Shown here: one piece after another, positions 27,977 to 37,814 of the stretch
How the letters are laid out: every line of letters begins with the position of its first letter
How positions within the stretch are numbered: the stretch's first letter is position 1
Origin: an uncultured Myxococcales bacterium
GTDB taxonomy: Bacteria; Myxococcota_A; Polyangia; Palsa-1104; JAEUJZ01
Direction: 5' to 3'
DNA: 64,000 nt
Assembly: GCA_964554495.1 (NCBI GenBank)
Contig: CAZKOY010000002.1
Span: 15,408 to 79,407 of the forward strand
Position numbers and translations under genes: made by a program
The notes under the pieces: generated by a model
What the model saw: the letters and a program-made list of their open reading frames with translations, nothing else
What the model was told of the DNA's origin: nothing
Databases searched by the model: none

Positions 27977-28588
27977 ATGAGTCTGACCTTCTACTACGCC
28001 CCCCAATCGAGTGCTTCGCCGGTCCACTGGACGCTGGAAGAGTTGGGCATTCCCTATGAGAAAGTGGCGATCGACATCCGCGCTGGCGAGAACAAGAAGC
28101 CCGAGTTCTTGAAGATCAACCCCAATGGCAAGGTGCCCGTCATCGTTCACAACGGCGTACCCATCTTTGAGTCGGCGGCGATTCAGATCTATCTGGGCGA
28201 GACGTTCGGCGTCGAAAAAGGCCTGTTCCCAGCGCCAGGCCCGCGCCGCGGCGAAGCGATGATGTGGATCATCTGGACCAACGTGACCCTGGGCGATGCC
28301 GTGATGCGCGTCGGACGCAACCTCAGCGAGTGGGCGCCGGCTGACGAGCGCAACGCCAAGGCCGGCGAGCGCGGCAAGACCGATGCGCTGGATCTGCTGG
28401 CCATCGTCGACACGGCGCTCACGGGACGCGACTACCTGCTCGGCGATCAGTTCTCGATCGCCGATCTGCACCTGGCCTCGTGGCTGGAGTACGTCGGCAT
28501 GATGGGCATCGACTACAGCGGTCTGGCTCGCCTTTCGGCCTGGGCCAAGCGCTGCACGTCACGCCCCGCCTGCGCCAAGGCTCCGTAA
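27977..28588 (+). CDS. Glutathione S-transferase
   Basis: FYYAPQSSASPVHWTLEELGIPYE...INPNGKVPVIVHNGVPIFESAAIQIYL is a thioredoxin-like GST N-domain. AAAGGAG RBS. Confidence 0.85.
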   Translation: MSLTFYYAPQSSASPVHWTLEELGIPYEKVAIDIRAGENKKPEFLKINPNGKVPVIVHNGVPIFESAAIQIYLGETFGVEKGLFPAPGPRRGEAMMWIIWTNVTLGDAVMRVGRNLSEWAPADERNAKAGERGKTDALDLLAIVDTALTGRDYLLGDQFSIADLHLASWLEYVGMMGIDYSGLARLSAWAKRCTSRPACAKAP

Positions 28589-28740
28589 GCTCGACCGCGC
28601 CAAGAGCGCCTCTCGCAAAGCCCCTCCGCCCGTCGCCCCTCTTCCATTTCGTACGCCTTGCCGTCGCGGGCGCGGTCTTGCAGATCTCGACGATCTGCGC
28701 CGTGCCCATCGCAAGCAGGCTTCCTTCCCCACCCGTCGCA

Positions 28741-29901
28741 TCAGAATGACGAGTGCCCCGCAGCTAGACCGCTTGGACGTGTGACTTCCTGCGCAGGAAG
28801 GCGGATCAGATACGCGGTGTCGTCGACCACGAGCCAGCACAGGTGCCCCTGCTGAAGCGGAAGAATCGCTTTCAAGTGGCCCTCGATCGGCCACGTGCCG
28901 CGGTCTTCGCCGTTCCTTGCCAGGATGCGGATCCGCGAACGTTGCCCCCACACGTCCTGCCATTCGCCGATCAGGGTCAGGCCACCGTCGGTGGTCGTCG
29001 CCACACGGTGAATGAGGCCACGCTGACGAAGCGCGTGGACGAAGGAAAGCGATCGACGGTGCAGATCGATGGCCACCACGACATTTTCCCGTGCTGCGTC
29101 GAGCGGCGCATACTCGCTCGTGTCGTAGGTTTCGCCGAAGTACAGAAGCCGGCTGCCATCGCGGGCCATGACCGGTGGATGGATTTGCAACGGCAGATCC
29201 ACCGCCAGCGTAAAAGAGTCCAGGCTGCGAGGCGGAACGCTCGACAGATCCATACGCTTGAACAACACGCTTCCGCGACGTGCATCCTGTCGATAGATGC
29301 AAGCCACCAGCGCAACCGAGCCGTGCTCAGACACATCACAATAGAGGCTGTCCGAGCGCTCGGTCAGCCCCGCCGAGTGCCCCGTCGAAAGCTCCGTGAC
29401 ATAGATGCGCGATGCCGCGGTCCAGTGATACAGGCGCCCGGCGCCCAGCACGAAGGAGCCCGTGAGCATCGACCGCGATACCTGCGGCAGCGCGTCGGAT
29501 AGAACGTGCGCTGTGCCGGCCTTGAAGTCCAACAGGCAGTCGACCGTCGTGCGAACACCCACGACGTGGATGAAGTCTCCCGTGACGCCCCCGGACTCCC
29601 CCCATACGATGGCCTGCATGCCCATGGGGTCGACCCAAAATAGGCTCGGCCGGGCGCCAGGAACAAGACAGGGATGGCCGGCAAGCTGAACGCGACGCTC
29701 GGCCGTGCCCTCGCGGCGCACGGCCCGCTTCATGCCGTCCAGATAGACCAGCGCATCCCCAGCCAGCCGCGGCTCGACACCAGAGTCGTGTAACGAAAGG
29801 CTGCGCTCAACCCACAGACTCGGGGAACCCGGAACAAGCAGCTCAACACAGCCGCAAAGAAACCAGGCAAGGAGCGTGAACCCACCCCACCAGCCGTGCA
29901 T
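28741..29901 (-). CDS. Hypothetical exported protein (possibly beta-propeller-like)
   Basis: Start trimmed to the ATG at 29901 (MHGWWGGFTLLAWFLCGC...). Beta-strand-rich sequence with no recognised motif. Confidence 0.5.
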   Translation of the reverse strand: MHGWWGGFTLLAWFLCGCVELLVPGSPSLWVERSLSLHDSGVEPRLAGDALVYLDGMKRAVRREGTAERRVQLAGHPCLVPGARPSLFWVDPMGMQAIVWGESGGVTGDFIHVVGVRTTVDCLLDFKAGTAHVLSDALPQVSRSMLTGSFVLGAGRLYHWTAASRIYVTELSTGHSAGLTERSDSLYCDVSEHGSVALVACIYRQDARRGSVLFKRMDLSSVPPRSLDSFTLAVDLPLQIHPPVMARDGSRLLYFGETYDTSEYAPLDAARENVVVAIDLHRRSLSFVHALRQRGLIHRVATTTDGGLTLIGEWQDVWGQRSRIRILARNGEDRGTWPIEGHLKAILPLQQGHLCWLVVDDTAYLIRLPAQEVTRPSGLAAGHSSF

Positions 29902-30262
29902 GATTCGATTGTACTCTGGCGCTGCCCCAGACTCTGGCGACGGTTCGCACTCTACGCTCGACCCCATGCGGCCCAGCGGGCCGTGAAACCATCGAGCATC
30001 TAGACTGCATCGTGGTGAAAAGCGCGCAGAATCACTCAATCAATAACTAAATACAAATAACCAATTTTTTCATATTTTGATATAGTGATATTTTCCAAAT
30101 AATCGATGGCTCGTCTTCATTTGAAACGCTATCTGGCCCTTTCTACAAGGATTGCCCCAAAAGCGGTGGTGGCGGATGGCGGCTGACTCTTGGCCTCAGC
30201 ACGTGGCCGCGCCAGCACGGCGGTGATTTGCTGGTGGCTGCACGCTTGGTGCAAGGAAGCTG

Positions 30263-31141
30263 CTAGCCGGACTCCAGAGCCGGGCGATGCGCGATGGCAC
30301 CGACCAGCATCGACGGCACGATCACACCATCGTGAGCCAATACCTCGGCGCGCAGACGATCAGCCAGCGTGTCAACGTCGATCTCGGCGGCCGTGGCAAT
30401 CTGAAAGCGCACAATGGCGGGGACCAAGCTGCGGATGGTCTCGGCCAGATAGTCATAGACCGGACTGTCCGCGCCACCGTCGACACGCCCAGTCAGCAGG
30501 CAGGCAGGATGGGCCAGGCCAGCCTGCAGCATGGTGCTGCGCAAGCGCAAGCCCATGTTCAGCTCGACGCCGGCCTGCTTGATCGCTTCGGACAGGACCC
30601 TCCATAGCGATTGAAACGTCGGCGACGGCGGGAAGCAGCCCTGCCAGCCCAGGGCCATCTGCACTTCTTGAAACATCACGACGCCCCCGGGGCGCAGCAG
30701 AGTCGCCAGCCTCTTCAGGCACAGTGTCGGATCGGACTGGTACATCAACACCATGCGCCCGACGACCGCATCAAACGAAGACGTCGGTACGCACGACAGC
30801 AGCGCTTCATCGTCGGCGCAGATGAACTCGACGTTGGCCAACCCAAGCTGTCGGGCGCGATAGCGCGCGGTCAGTACCGCTTCTTTCGATCGGTCTGCCC
30901 CGACGACGCGACCCGAGGGACCGACCAAGCGCGCTGCCAAGAACGCGACATCCCCAACGCCGCAGCCGAAGTCGATCACATGTTGCCCAGGCGAGAGCCC
31001 CGCATCCACAAGGTGCAGTCGCGTCTGGCGTTCGTAGTACGCGGCCTGCTGCATCAGTCTGGCTAGCTCGGCCTGCGTATGACCCAAAATGTACTCAGGT
31101 TCTGCGGACAAGGACGATTCGCTCCTTCGTTCTTCGTTCAT
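30263..31141 (-). CDS. Class I SAM-dependent methyltransferase
   Basis: VIDFGCGVGDVAFLAARLVGPSGRVVGADRS (motif I / post-I), FDAVVGRMVLMY. Confidence 0.8.
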   Translation of the reverse strand: MNEERRSESSLSAEPEYILGHTQAELARLMQQAAYYERQTRLHLVDAGLSPGQHVIDFGCGVGDVAFLAARLVGPSGRVVGADRSKEAVLTARYRARQLGLANVEFICADDEALLSCVPTSSFDAVVGRMVLMYQSDPTLCLKRLATLLRPGGVVMFQEVQMALGWQGCFPPSPTFQSLWRVLSEAIKQAGVELNMGLRLRSTMLQAGLAHPACLLTGRVDGGADSPVYDYLAETIRSLVPAIVRFQIATAAEIDVDTLADRLRAEVLAHDGVIVPSMLVGAIAHRPALESG

Positions 31142-31282
31142 GGAGGCAAGCTGTCTTCACGAGACACGCTGCTGTCCAAACATCCTATGGTCCGCTTATC
31201 GCATAGCGCGTCTAATCGGTCAAGGTCGGCATTGGCGCTCTTCTGCTTTACTCCTTTCTTGTAACCAGCGACACTAGTTGTC

Positions 31283-32590
31283 ATGGAAAAATCTATACCG
31301 ACACCAACAGCTGTACCGGACACCATGATTGAGATCTTAAGCAACGTATTTTTGGGTGCTAGCGGCGAAGCGAAAATCGCAGAGCTCGCGGAACGCTTGA
31401 ACACACCGTTTGACTTCGTCCGGCCCGATGGAACGAGCACTCGCTTCGGCGCGGGAGCACCACAATTTCGTATTGAGCTGCGCACGGAACGGGCGCTACG
31501 TGCGGCGCTACGCCTGGACGCCTTGGCGCTGGCCGAAGCGTACATGGATCGAGAGATGGAGTTGCAGGGAGATCTATTTGCAACGATGCGCATCCAGGAG
31601 CACCTAGGCGATCACCATCCATGGGTGCGCATGGCCGCAAGACTTGAGCCACTCCTCCTGGGCAGAGAGCGCAGCAATCCTCGCTGGATTGCGCTTCACT
31701 ACGATTCTGGAAATGCGCAGCTTTTGGCGGCAGATCGCGACTACAACACGTACACGCCGGGCGTGTACCTGGATGACGACGATTCGCTAGAAATGGGCGC
31801 CGAGCGCAAGCTTAGTGACGCGTTCAATTTCTTGGGGCTGCGCGCTGGCGATCACTTGCTGGAAGTTGGCTCGGGCTGGGGGGGAATGTTGCGCTATGCG
31901 TCCCGTCGCGGCGTTCGCGTTACGGGCATTACGCTGTCGCGCCACCAGAAGGAATACTGCGACGCACTGATCAAGAAAGAGGGACTGCCAGCCCAGGTGC
32001 TGTACCAGGACTTCTTCACATTTCGTCCAAATCAGCGCTTCGACGCCATTTCCGGCATGGGAGTGATGGAAGACCTGTCCGACTACCGCCGCGTCATGCA
32101 GAACCTGGCGCAGTGGATCAAGCCGGGCAAACGCATCTACTTCGACTTTGCCGCCGAGAGAAAACGCTTCGACACGCACAGCTTCATCACCCAATACATC
32201 TGGCCGGGCACCTTCCGCATGATCTTCTTTCCTGAGTTCATCGAGGCCGTGCGCGAGTCGCCCTTCGAATTGATGAAGGTCGAAAACGATCGCCGCAATT
32301 ACTATCTGTGGTGTCGTAAGTGCTATGAGCGCTGGGTGGCGTCGCGCGATGCGGTAATTGCGCAGTATGGCGAGCGCATCTACCGCATGTATCTGCTGCT
32401 GTTTGTGTCGGTATCGGCCAACATGAACCGCCCTTCGCACACGGCAACGGCCTATCGCGTTGTGCTAGAGATGCCGGATGATAGCGATGGCCAACGTAGT
32501 ACCCCCCTGGCGCGGCAGGTTATGGATGGTGCGGAATCGGCGGTTAGTTCCGTGCGCGAAATGTTTCTGCACAACGTGCTGAAGCGCTGA
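31283..32590 (+). CDS. Cyclopropane-fatty-acyl-phospholipid synthase-family (CMAS-like) methyltransferase
   Basis: HYDSGNAQLL...YTPGVY, LLEVGSGWGGMLRYASRRGVRVTGITLSRHQKEY, FDAISGMGVMEDL are CMAS family hallmarks. GC lower than the window average. Confidence 0.75.
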   Translation: MEKSIPTPTAVPDTMIEILSNVFLGASGEAKIAELAERLNTPFDFVRPDGTSTRFGAGAPQFRIELRTERALRAALRLDALALAEAYMDREMELQGDLFATMRIQEHLGDHHPWVRMAARLEPLLLGRERSNPRWIALHYDSGNAQLLAADRDYNTYTPGVYLDDDDSLEMGAERKLSDAFNFLGLRAGDHLLEVGSGWGGMLRYASRRGVRVTGITLSRHQKEYCDALIKKEGLPAQVLYQDFFTFRPNQRFDAISGMGVMEDLSDYRRVMQNLAQWIKPGKRIYFDFAAERKRFDTHSFITQYIWPGTFRMIFFPEFIEAVRESPFELMKVENDRRNYYLWCRKCYERWVASRDAVIAQYGERIYRMYLLLFVSVSANMNRPSHTATAYRVVLEMPDDSDGQRSTPLARQVMDGAESAVSSVREMFLHNVLKR

Positions 32591-32623
32591 GCATCACTAC
32601 GCCTGCAAGCGCAGTAACGGATG

Positions 32624-33436
32624 CTATAGCCCGTGATTGGGCCATTTGGGCTTCAAGTTACCCGCTTTGAACGCCGCAGCCCCGATGGTGTGTTTGTCGC
32701 GGCGCATGAACATCGAAATAACCTGCTCGGCTTCGATGCGCAGCCGGTCTTCCAGGGTGCGACCGACTCCGCGCAGGATCGTCTCTTTGTCGGTGCGGAT
32801 CGCGCCTTGCGGCAACTCGGCGATTTCGTGAGCCAGCGCCAAGGCGCGCTCCAAGGCTTTGCCGCGCGGCACGATTTCGTTGACCAATCCGATTCGCTCG
32901 GCCTCAGCCGCCTTGATGCGCCGTCCCGTGATGATTAGCTCCATGGCTTTGCTGAATCCGACGACCAGCGGCAGACGCGCCGTCAGGCCATCGCCGCCCA
33001 CGATATTCCAGCGCCGCTCTAGCGCGCCGAACTCCGCGTTTTCTGCGGCAATACGGATATCAGCGAGTAGGGCAGTCTCTAGTCCCGCCGCAAATGCATA
33101 GCCATTTACAGCAGCAATGATGGGTTTAAATATATCTATCTTGCGTGTATATCCACAGACACCAGGCTGGTTGTATAAATCTTTGCGATACTGGTCGTAA
33201 TCGCCAAAAGCCTCCCAATCTGCTGCATCCTGCAGATCCCACCCCGCGCAGAACGTACTGTCGCCAGAGCCAGTGATGACCAAGACAAAGGCGTTTTCGT
33301 CATCGCGGAAGCGCTGAAACGCGTGATGCAGCTCGCTGTTCATGCGCCGGTTGATGGCATTGTGCTGTTCTGGGCGGTTGTACGTGATGATGGTGACGTG
33401 ACCCTGCATCTGGTACTGAAGCGTCTCGTATGTCAC
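32624..33436 (-). CDS. Enoyl-CoA hydratase/isomerase (crotonase) family protein
   Basis: VTIITYNRPEQHNAIN, VITGSGDSTFCAGWDL, PIIAAVNGYAFAAGLETALLADIRIA. GTG start with an AAGGAA RBS. Lower-GC gene. Confidence 0.85.
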   Translation of the reverse strand: MTYETLQYQMQGHVTIITYNRPEQHNAINRRMNSELHHAFQRFRDDENAFVLVITGSGDSTFCAGWDLQDAADWEAFGDYDQYRKDLYNQPGVCGYTRKIDIFKPIIAAVNGYAFAAGLETALLADIRIAAENAEFGALERRWNIVGGDGLTARLPLVVGFSKAMELIITGRRIKAAEAERIGLVNEIVPRGKALERALALAHEIAELPQGAIRTDKETILRGVGRTLEDRLRIEAEQVISMFMRRDKHTIGAAAFKAGNLKPKWPNHGL

Positions 33437-33468
33437 GGCCGATTCCTTTGTTGGGGGTAAGAATGGCG

Positions 33469-33504
33469 AAAAACAGTCTTAGTATCGTAAGTTGATACTA
33501 AGAC
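33469..33504 (-). promoter_or_regulatory. Perfect 11-bp inverted repeat plus U-tract in the crotonase leader (attenuator/terminator-like hairpin or operator)
   Basis: GTCTTAGTATC-gtaagtt-GATACTAAGAC (33476..33504). On the minus strand it is followed directly by TGTTTTT, and it ends 32 nt before the GTG start. A possible promoter TTGATT-17-TATCTA lies at 33567..33539 (minus). Confidence 0.45.
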
Positions 33505-33814
33505 ACATCGATAACAAATCAGCGACAAAGCTATTTCATAGATATCAGCAATTTAACAATTAATCAAGGAGTTCAGTTCAAGCCACGCTGCGGCTTGGGT
33601 GCTGTTTCCCCCGGACCCCGCCCGCCCAGTTGCCTGCCGCAAAGGGCTCCGCTTGCATCCCCAGGGTGCGCCAGACGCCCGGGTACGGCGCCCCGCGGCA
33701 TCCCGCTGTCTAGGCGGTACCTGACGGAAAAGGAATACGCATCCTGCCGAGGCCAATTTTGATATTATGCATATTAGTCTGACGAAGGATTTGCTTCGAT
33801 CGAAAGGTGCCATT

Positions 33815-36800
33815 ATGCCGATTGCAGCCGGTCAGGTACTGCAGCAGCGTTTTGTCCTGGACGAGGCAGTGGGGGAAGGCGGGATGGGGACTGTCCTCCG
33901 CGGGCGCGACCTACATACAGGATCCACCGTCGCAGTAAAGGTACTGCGCGAGCGCGGCAGCAACATGCGCGATGAGGAGCGCTTCCAGCAAGAAGCTCGT
34001 GTGCTGGCTGATCTGCAGAACCCCGGTATTGTGGCCCACGTTGCACATGGTCAAACGCCCGAAGGGCTGCCGTACCTGGTGATGGAATGGCTCGCGGGAG
34101 AGGATCTGGCCCAGCGCCTGCGCTACCAGCCACTGACGGCGCGCAGTGCCATTGTCCTGATGCAGGGACTGGCTCGCGCGCTGGGCGTGGCGCATGCGCA
34201 TGGGATCGTCCACCGAGACCTAAAGCCATCGAACATCTTCCTGCGCGATGGGCAAGTGCATACGCCGGTCATCATCGACTTCGGTATCGCCAAAAGACGC
34301 CAGGGCTCGAACTACACACGGATGACGCAGACGGGCATCCTGATGGGAACGCCCGAGTACATGGCGCCTGAGCAAGCACGCGGCCAGCGCTCTGTCTCTC
34401 CGGCCACGGACATCTTTTCGCTGGGCTGCATTCTGTTCGAATGCCTGACGGGCCGGGCGCCCTTTTCGGGCGACCACATCGCCGCGACGCTGGTCAAGAT
34501 CCTGTTTGAAAGTCCCCCTCCCCTGCAGGTGTTGCGGCCCGACTTGCCCGAATCACTAGCACGGCTAATCGAGCGCATGCTGGCCAAGGAACAGAGCGCC
34601 AGGTACCAGACGGTGAGCGAGTTGCTGGAGGCGCTGACGGGCCTGGAAGTGCTGCCGGATGTGGGCCCATCGGCCGCCGCGCTGGACGTCCAGATGGGAC
34701 CCAGCATTCGTGATGACATGTCGCTGGTCAGCGTAGTCGTCGCAACGGCACGCCGCGAAGATGCCTTCGCTGCCACCATCGATTCCAGCATGCAGCCTGC
34801 CACCAGGCCTCGGCTCGATGAGCTGCGCGGCAGCCTCTTAAGCCTGGGCGCGTCATGCGATCAGCTGGCCGATGGTTCGCTGGTGGCGACGCTGGTGCAG
34901 GGGCGATCTTCCGCAGCAACCGACTTGGCCGCATCAGCGGCGCGCTGCGCTCTTCTGATCAAAGAACGTTGGCCGACGGCGGTGGTTGTAATCGCTACCG
35001 GGCCCGGCGCGCTGAATAGAAATGTACCCATCGGCACGGTAATCGACCGGGCTGGTCGCAACATGCGCATTGCGGCAGAGCGCGCAGATGGCGGGCCCTT
35101 GTTGGACGGGCTGACCGCGCGTCTGCTGGGACCTTCGTTCATCACGTCTCGTCTGCCGCAAGGCGGAGAGCTATCGCTGCTGGAAGGCGAACGGAGTGAT
35201 GTCGACGAGTCACGGCGGCTTTTGGGCAAGCCAACACCGTGCGTGGGGCGCGATCCTGAGCTGGGGCTCTTGGACACGACGCTCAACAGCTGCATCGAAG
35301 AGAGCCAGCCGGTTGCGGTCCTGGTTGTTGCCCCAGCTGGTGTTGGAAAGTCGCGCCTTCGTCACGAGTTCTTGCGCCGCGTCGAGGCGCGGGGGCAGTC
35401 GATCGAAATCCTGCTGGGCCGTGGCGATCCAATGAGCGCGGGAGCGCTGTACGGCCTTCTAGGTCAGGCTCTTCGTCGGCTCTGCTGCGTACTGGATGGG
35501 GAATCGGCCGTGCAGAGACAGCAAAAGCTGGCCGAGCGCATCGGTCGCTACCTGCCACCTGGCACGGCTGGCGATGTGGTCCCCTATGTGGGCGAGATCT
35601 GTTCGATTCCTTTTTCCGCGGATGAAGACGCACAACTGAAAGCGGCACGCAGCGACCCCAAGCTGATGAGCGATCGCATCAGCTTTGCACTCCTGTCTTT
35701 CTTGCGCGCCGAGTGCAGTCAGCATCCCGTGCTGCTGGTGATGGAGGATCTGCACTGGGGTGATGTGCTCACTGCGAAGCTTTTGGGAACGGCCATTACC
35801 GAGCTGACCGATTCGCCACTGATGGTGCTAGCGCTGGCACGACCCGAGGTCAAAGAGCTGTTCCCCAAGGGAATGCCCCGCTGCATGCAGGAACGGAATC
35901 TGCCTCCGTTGAGCAGGAAAGCCAGCGAGCGACTCGTAAAAGAAGTGCTGGGGAAGGATATTTCAGCCGACACAGTAGCGCGCATCGTCCGCCAGGCAGA
36001 CGGCAATGCTTTCTATCTGGAGGAGCTGATCCGCGTTAGCGGTGAGCTGCGCGAAGCCGAGCAGCCTGAAACCGTGCTAGCGATGCTGCAGATGCGCATC
36101 GGCCGACTGCCCAGCACAGCGCGTCTGGTGCTGCGCGCTGCAGCGGTGTTCGGCGAAGTGTTCTGGCGCGGGGGCGTCGGTGTCTTGGTCAATGACGCGC
36201 TTACCGCCGATAGACACGAGCGAGATCTGGACACGCTGCTCGATGCCGAGTTCATCGTCGCCAACACGCGCAGCCGCATTCAGGACGAGCAGGAATATTC
36301 ATTCCGCCATGCACTGGTGCGCGAAGCAGCGTATGGGCTTCTGAGTGAACAAGATCGTCGCGTCTGTCACGCCCGCGCGGCCGAATATCTGCAGCGCGCA
36401 GGAGAGACCGACCCGCTGGTATTGGCCGAGCACTACGATCGCAGCGGTGACAAGACGCGTGCGCTGGAGTTCATGACACAAGCGGCGCTGCAGGCTCTTG
36501 AGGGAAACGATCTGTCCTCGGCGCTGGCGCGGGCTGCCAAGGCCATCAACGCAGGAGCCAGTGGCGCATCGCTTTCGCGACTGCGGGGCGTCCAAGCCTG
36601 GGCCAACTTCTGGAGCGGCAACCTGCTCTTGGCCTTTGATGAAGCGCGCGAAGCCGTGGCGGGACTACCGCCGGGTAGCTTTGCGTGGTGCAGCACGATG
36701 GGCAGCTTGTTCCTTTCGGGAGGTCTGGCCGGCAAGCAGGCGGAACTAGCACCGTACGTCGAGCTTCTGGTCACAACGCAGCCCACACCCGACAGCCGCG

Positions 36801-37744
36801 GTAAGTTCGTCGAAGCTGCATCATCGCTGGTGTCAGCGCTCAGCCTGGCTGGCGCACGCAAGAACGTCCAGCGCTTCCTGGTGCGAATTGACGAGATTGT
36901 CTCCATCAGCGACCCCAGTGACATGTCGGTACGCGGCTGGGCGGCCAACGCGCAGAACTGGTTTGTCCGCTTCCTAGAGCCCGATCCATGGCGCAGTCTC
37001 ATGACCGCGCAAGATGCGATGCAAGCCTTTGCAGCTCTCGGGGATCGTCGGATGCGGGCGACAGAAACGGTCTATCTAGGGCTGGCGCAGTGGGATCTGG
37101 GCGAGCCGGATCGCGGCGAAGCCACACTGCGCGAAGCGCTGGACATTGGCCTGCGGCTGCAAGAGATGCTGGTTGTGCGGTTGGTGCGCTGCTACCTGCC
37201 GCAGATTCTGATCGAGCGCAACGATCCGGCCTTGCTGCCGGTGGCCGAGGAGCTTCTGCAGCAGGTGCTCAAGACGGCCGCGAACACGTATTACGCCGGG
37301 CTGGCGCAGACGGTCATGGCGCAGATCCACCTGCGTCGTGGCGATGTGCAGATCGCTGAACAGGCAGCGCGCCAAGCGGTCGATCTGATGCGCATTTCTC
37401 CGTCGCTGCGCTGTCTGGCTTATGCGTCGCTGATTCACGCGCTTCTGCATATGAAGCGCGCCCATGAAGCGACCGATGTCGCGATGCAAGCAGCAGCAGC
37501 GGTCGATGGTATTGGTGGGGCCGGTCGACACGAGCTTCCGCTCTGGCATGCCGCAGCGCAGGCAGCGCTGCAGGCAGACTCGCCACACGCCGGGACTACG
37601 CTGCGCCGCGCCGTCAGCGAACTAACGCGGCGCGCGGACAAGATTCCCAACGCAACCGAGCGGCAGCGTTTTCTGCAAGGCGTTCCTGTAAATGCGCAGA
37701 TATTGGCCCTGGCACAGAAACACGCCACCCTGCTACAGGGTTGA
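33815..37744 (+). CDS. Ser/Thr protein kinase fused to a degenerate cyclase-homology-like domain, AAA_16-type P-loop NTPase and TPR-like C-terminal region (PknK-like)
   Basis: GEGGMGTVLRG, VAVKVL, HRDLKPSNIFL, DFGIAK, GTPEYMAPE. Later VVAPAGVGKSRL (Walker A) and LLVMEDLHWGD (Walker B). Long helical-repeat tail. Start trimmed to the ATG at 33815. Confidence 0.85.
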   Translation: MPIAAGQVLQQRFVLDEAVGEGGMGTVLRGRDLHTGSTVAVKVLRERGSNMRDEERFQQEARVLADLQNPGIVAHVAHGQTPEGLPYLVMEWLAGEDLAQRLRYQPLTARSAIVLMQGLARALGVAHAHGIVHRDLKPSNIFLRDGQVHTPVIIDFGIAKRRQGSNYTRMTQTGILMGTPEYMAPEQARGQRSVSPATDIFSLGCILFECLTGRAPFSGDHIAATLVKILFESPPPLQVLRPDLPESLARLIERMLAKEQSARYQTVSELLEALTGLEVLPDVGPSAAALDVQMGPSIRDDMSLVSVVVATARREDAFAATIDSSMQPATRPRLDELRGSLLSLGASCDQLADGSLVATLVQGRSSAATDLAASAARCALLIKERWPTAVVVIATGPGALNRNVPIGTVIDRAGRNMRIAAERADGGPLLDGLTARLLGPSFITSRLPQGGELSLLEGERSDVDESRRLLGKPTPCVGRDPELGLLDTTLNSCIEESQPVAVLVVAPAGVGKSRLRHEFLRRVEARGQSIEILLGRGDPMSAGALYGLLGQALRRLCCVLDGESAVQRQQKLAERIGRYLPPGTAGDVVPYVGEICSIPFSADEDAQLKAARSDPKLMSDRISFALLSFLRAECSQHPVLLVMEDLHWGDVLTAKLLGTAITELTDSPLMVLALARPEVKELFPKGMPRCMQERNLPPLSRKASERLVKEVLGKDISADTVARIVRQADGNAFYLEELIRVSGELREAEQPETVLAMLQMRIGRLPSTARLVLRAAAVFGEVFWRGGVGVLVNDALTADRHERDLDTLLDAEFIVANTRSRIQDEQEYSFRHALVREAAYGLLSEQDRRVCHARAAEYLQRAGETDPLVLAEHYDRSGDKTRALEFMTQAALQALEGNDLSSALARAAKAINAGASGASLSRLRGVQAWANFWSGNLLLAFDEAREAVAGLPPGSFAWCSTMGSLFLSGGLAGKQAELAPYVELLVTTQPTPDSRGKFVEAASSLVSALSLAGARKNVQRFLVRIDEIVSISDPSDMSVRGWAANAQNWFVRFLEPDPWRSLMTAQDAMQAFAALGDRRMRATETVYLGLAQWDLGEPDRGEATLREALDIGLRLQEMLVVRLVRCYLPQILIERNDPALLPVAEELLQQVLKTAANTYYAGLAQTVMAQIHLRRGDVQIAEQAARQAVDLMRISPSLRCLAYASLIHALLHMKRAHEATDVAMQAAAAVDGIGGAGRHELPLWHAAAQAALQADSPHAGTTLRRAVSELTRRADKIPNATERQRFLQGVPVNAQILALAQKHATLLQG

Positions 37745-37814
37745 CTGGCACGCTTTCAGACCTCCGACATCCACCAGCGTGCAGGTCTGTCGAAATTCCC
37801 CCCTCAACCAGTTC

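Noticed and set aside
30116-30196. 26-codon ORF (MARLHLKRYLALSTRIAPKAVVADGG) inside the AT-rich island.
   Set aside because: No RBS, no conservation evidence available, and a length compatible with chance. Not reported as a gene.
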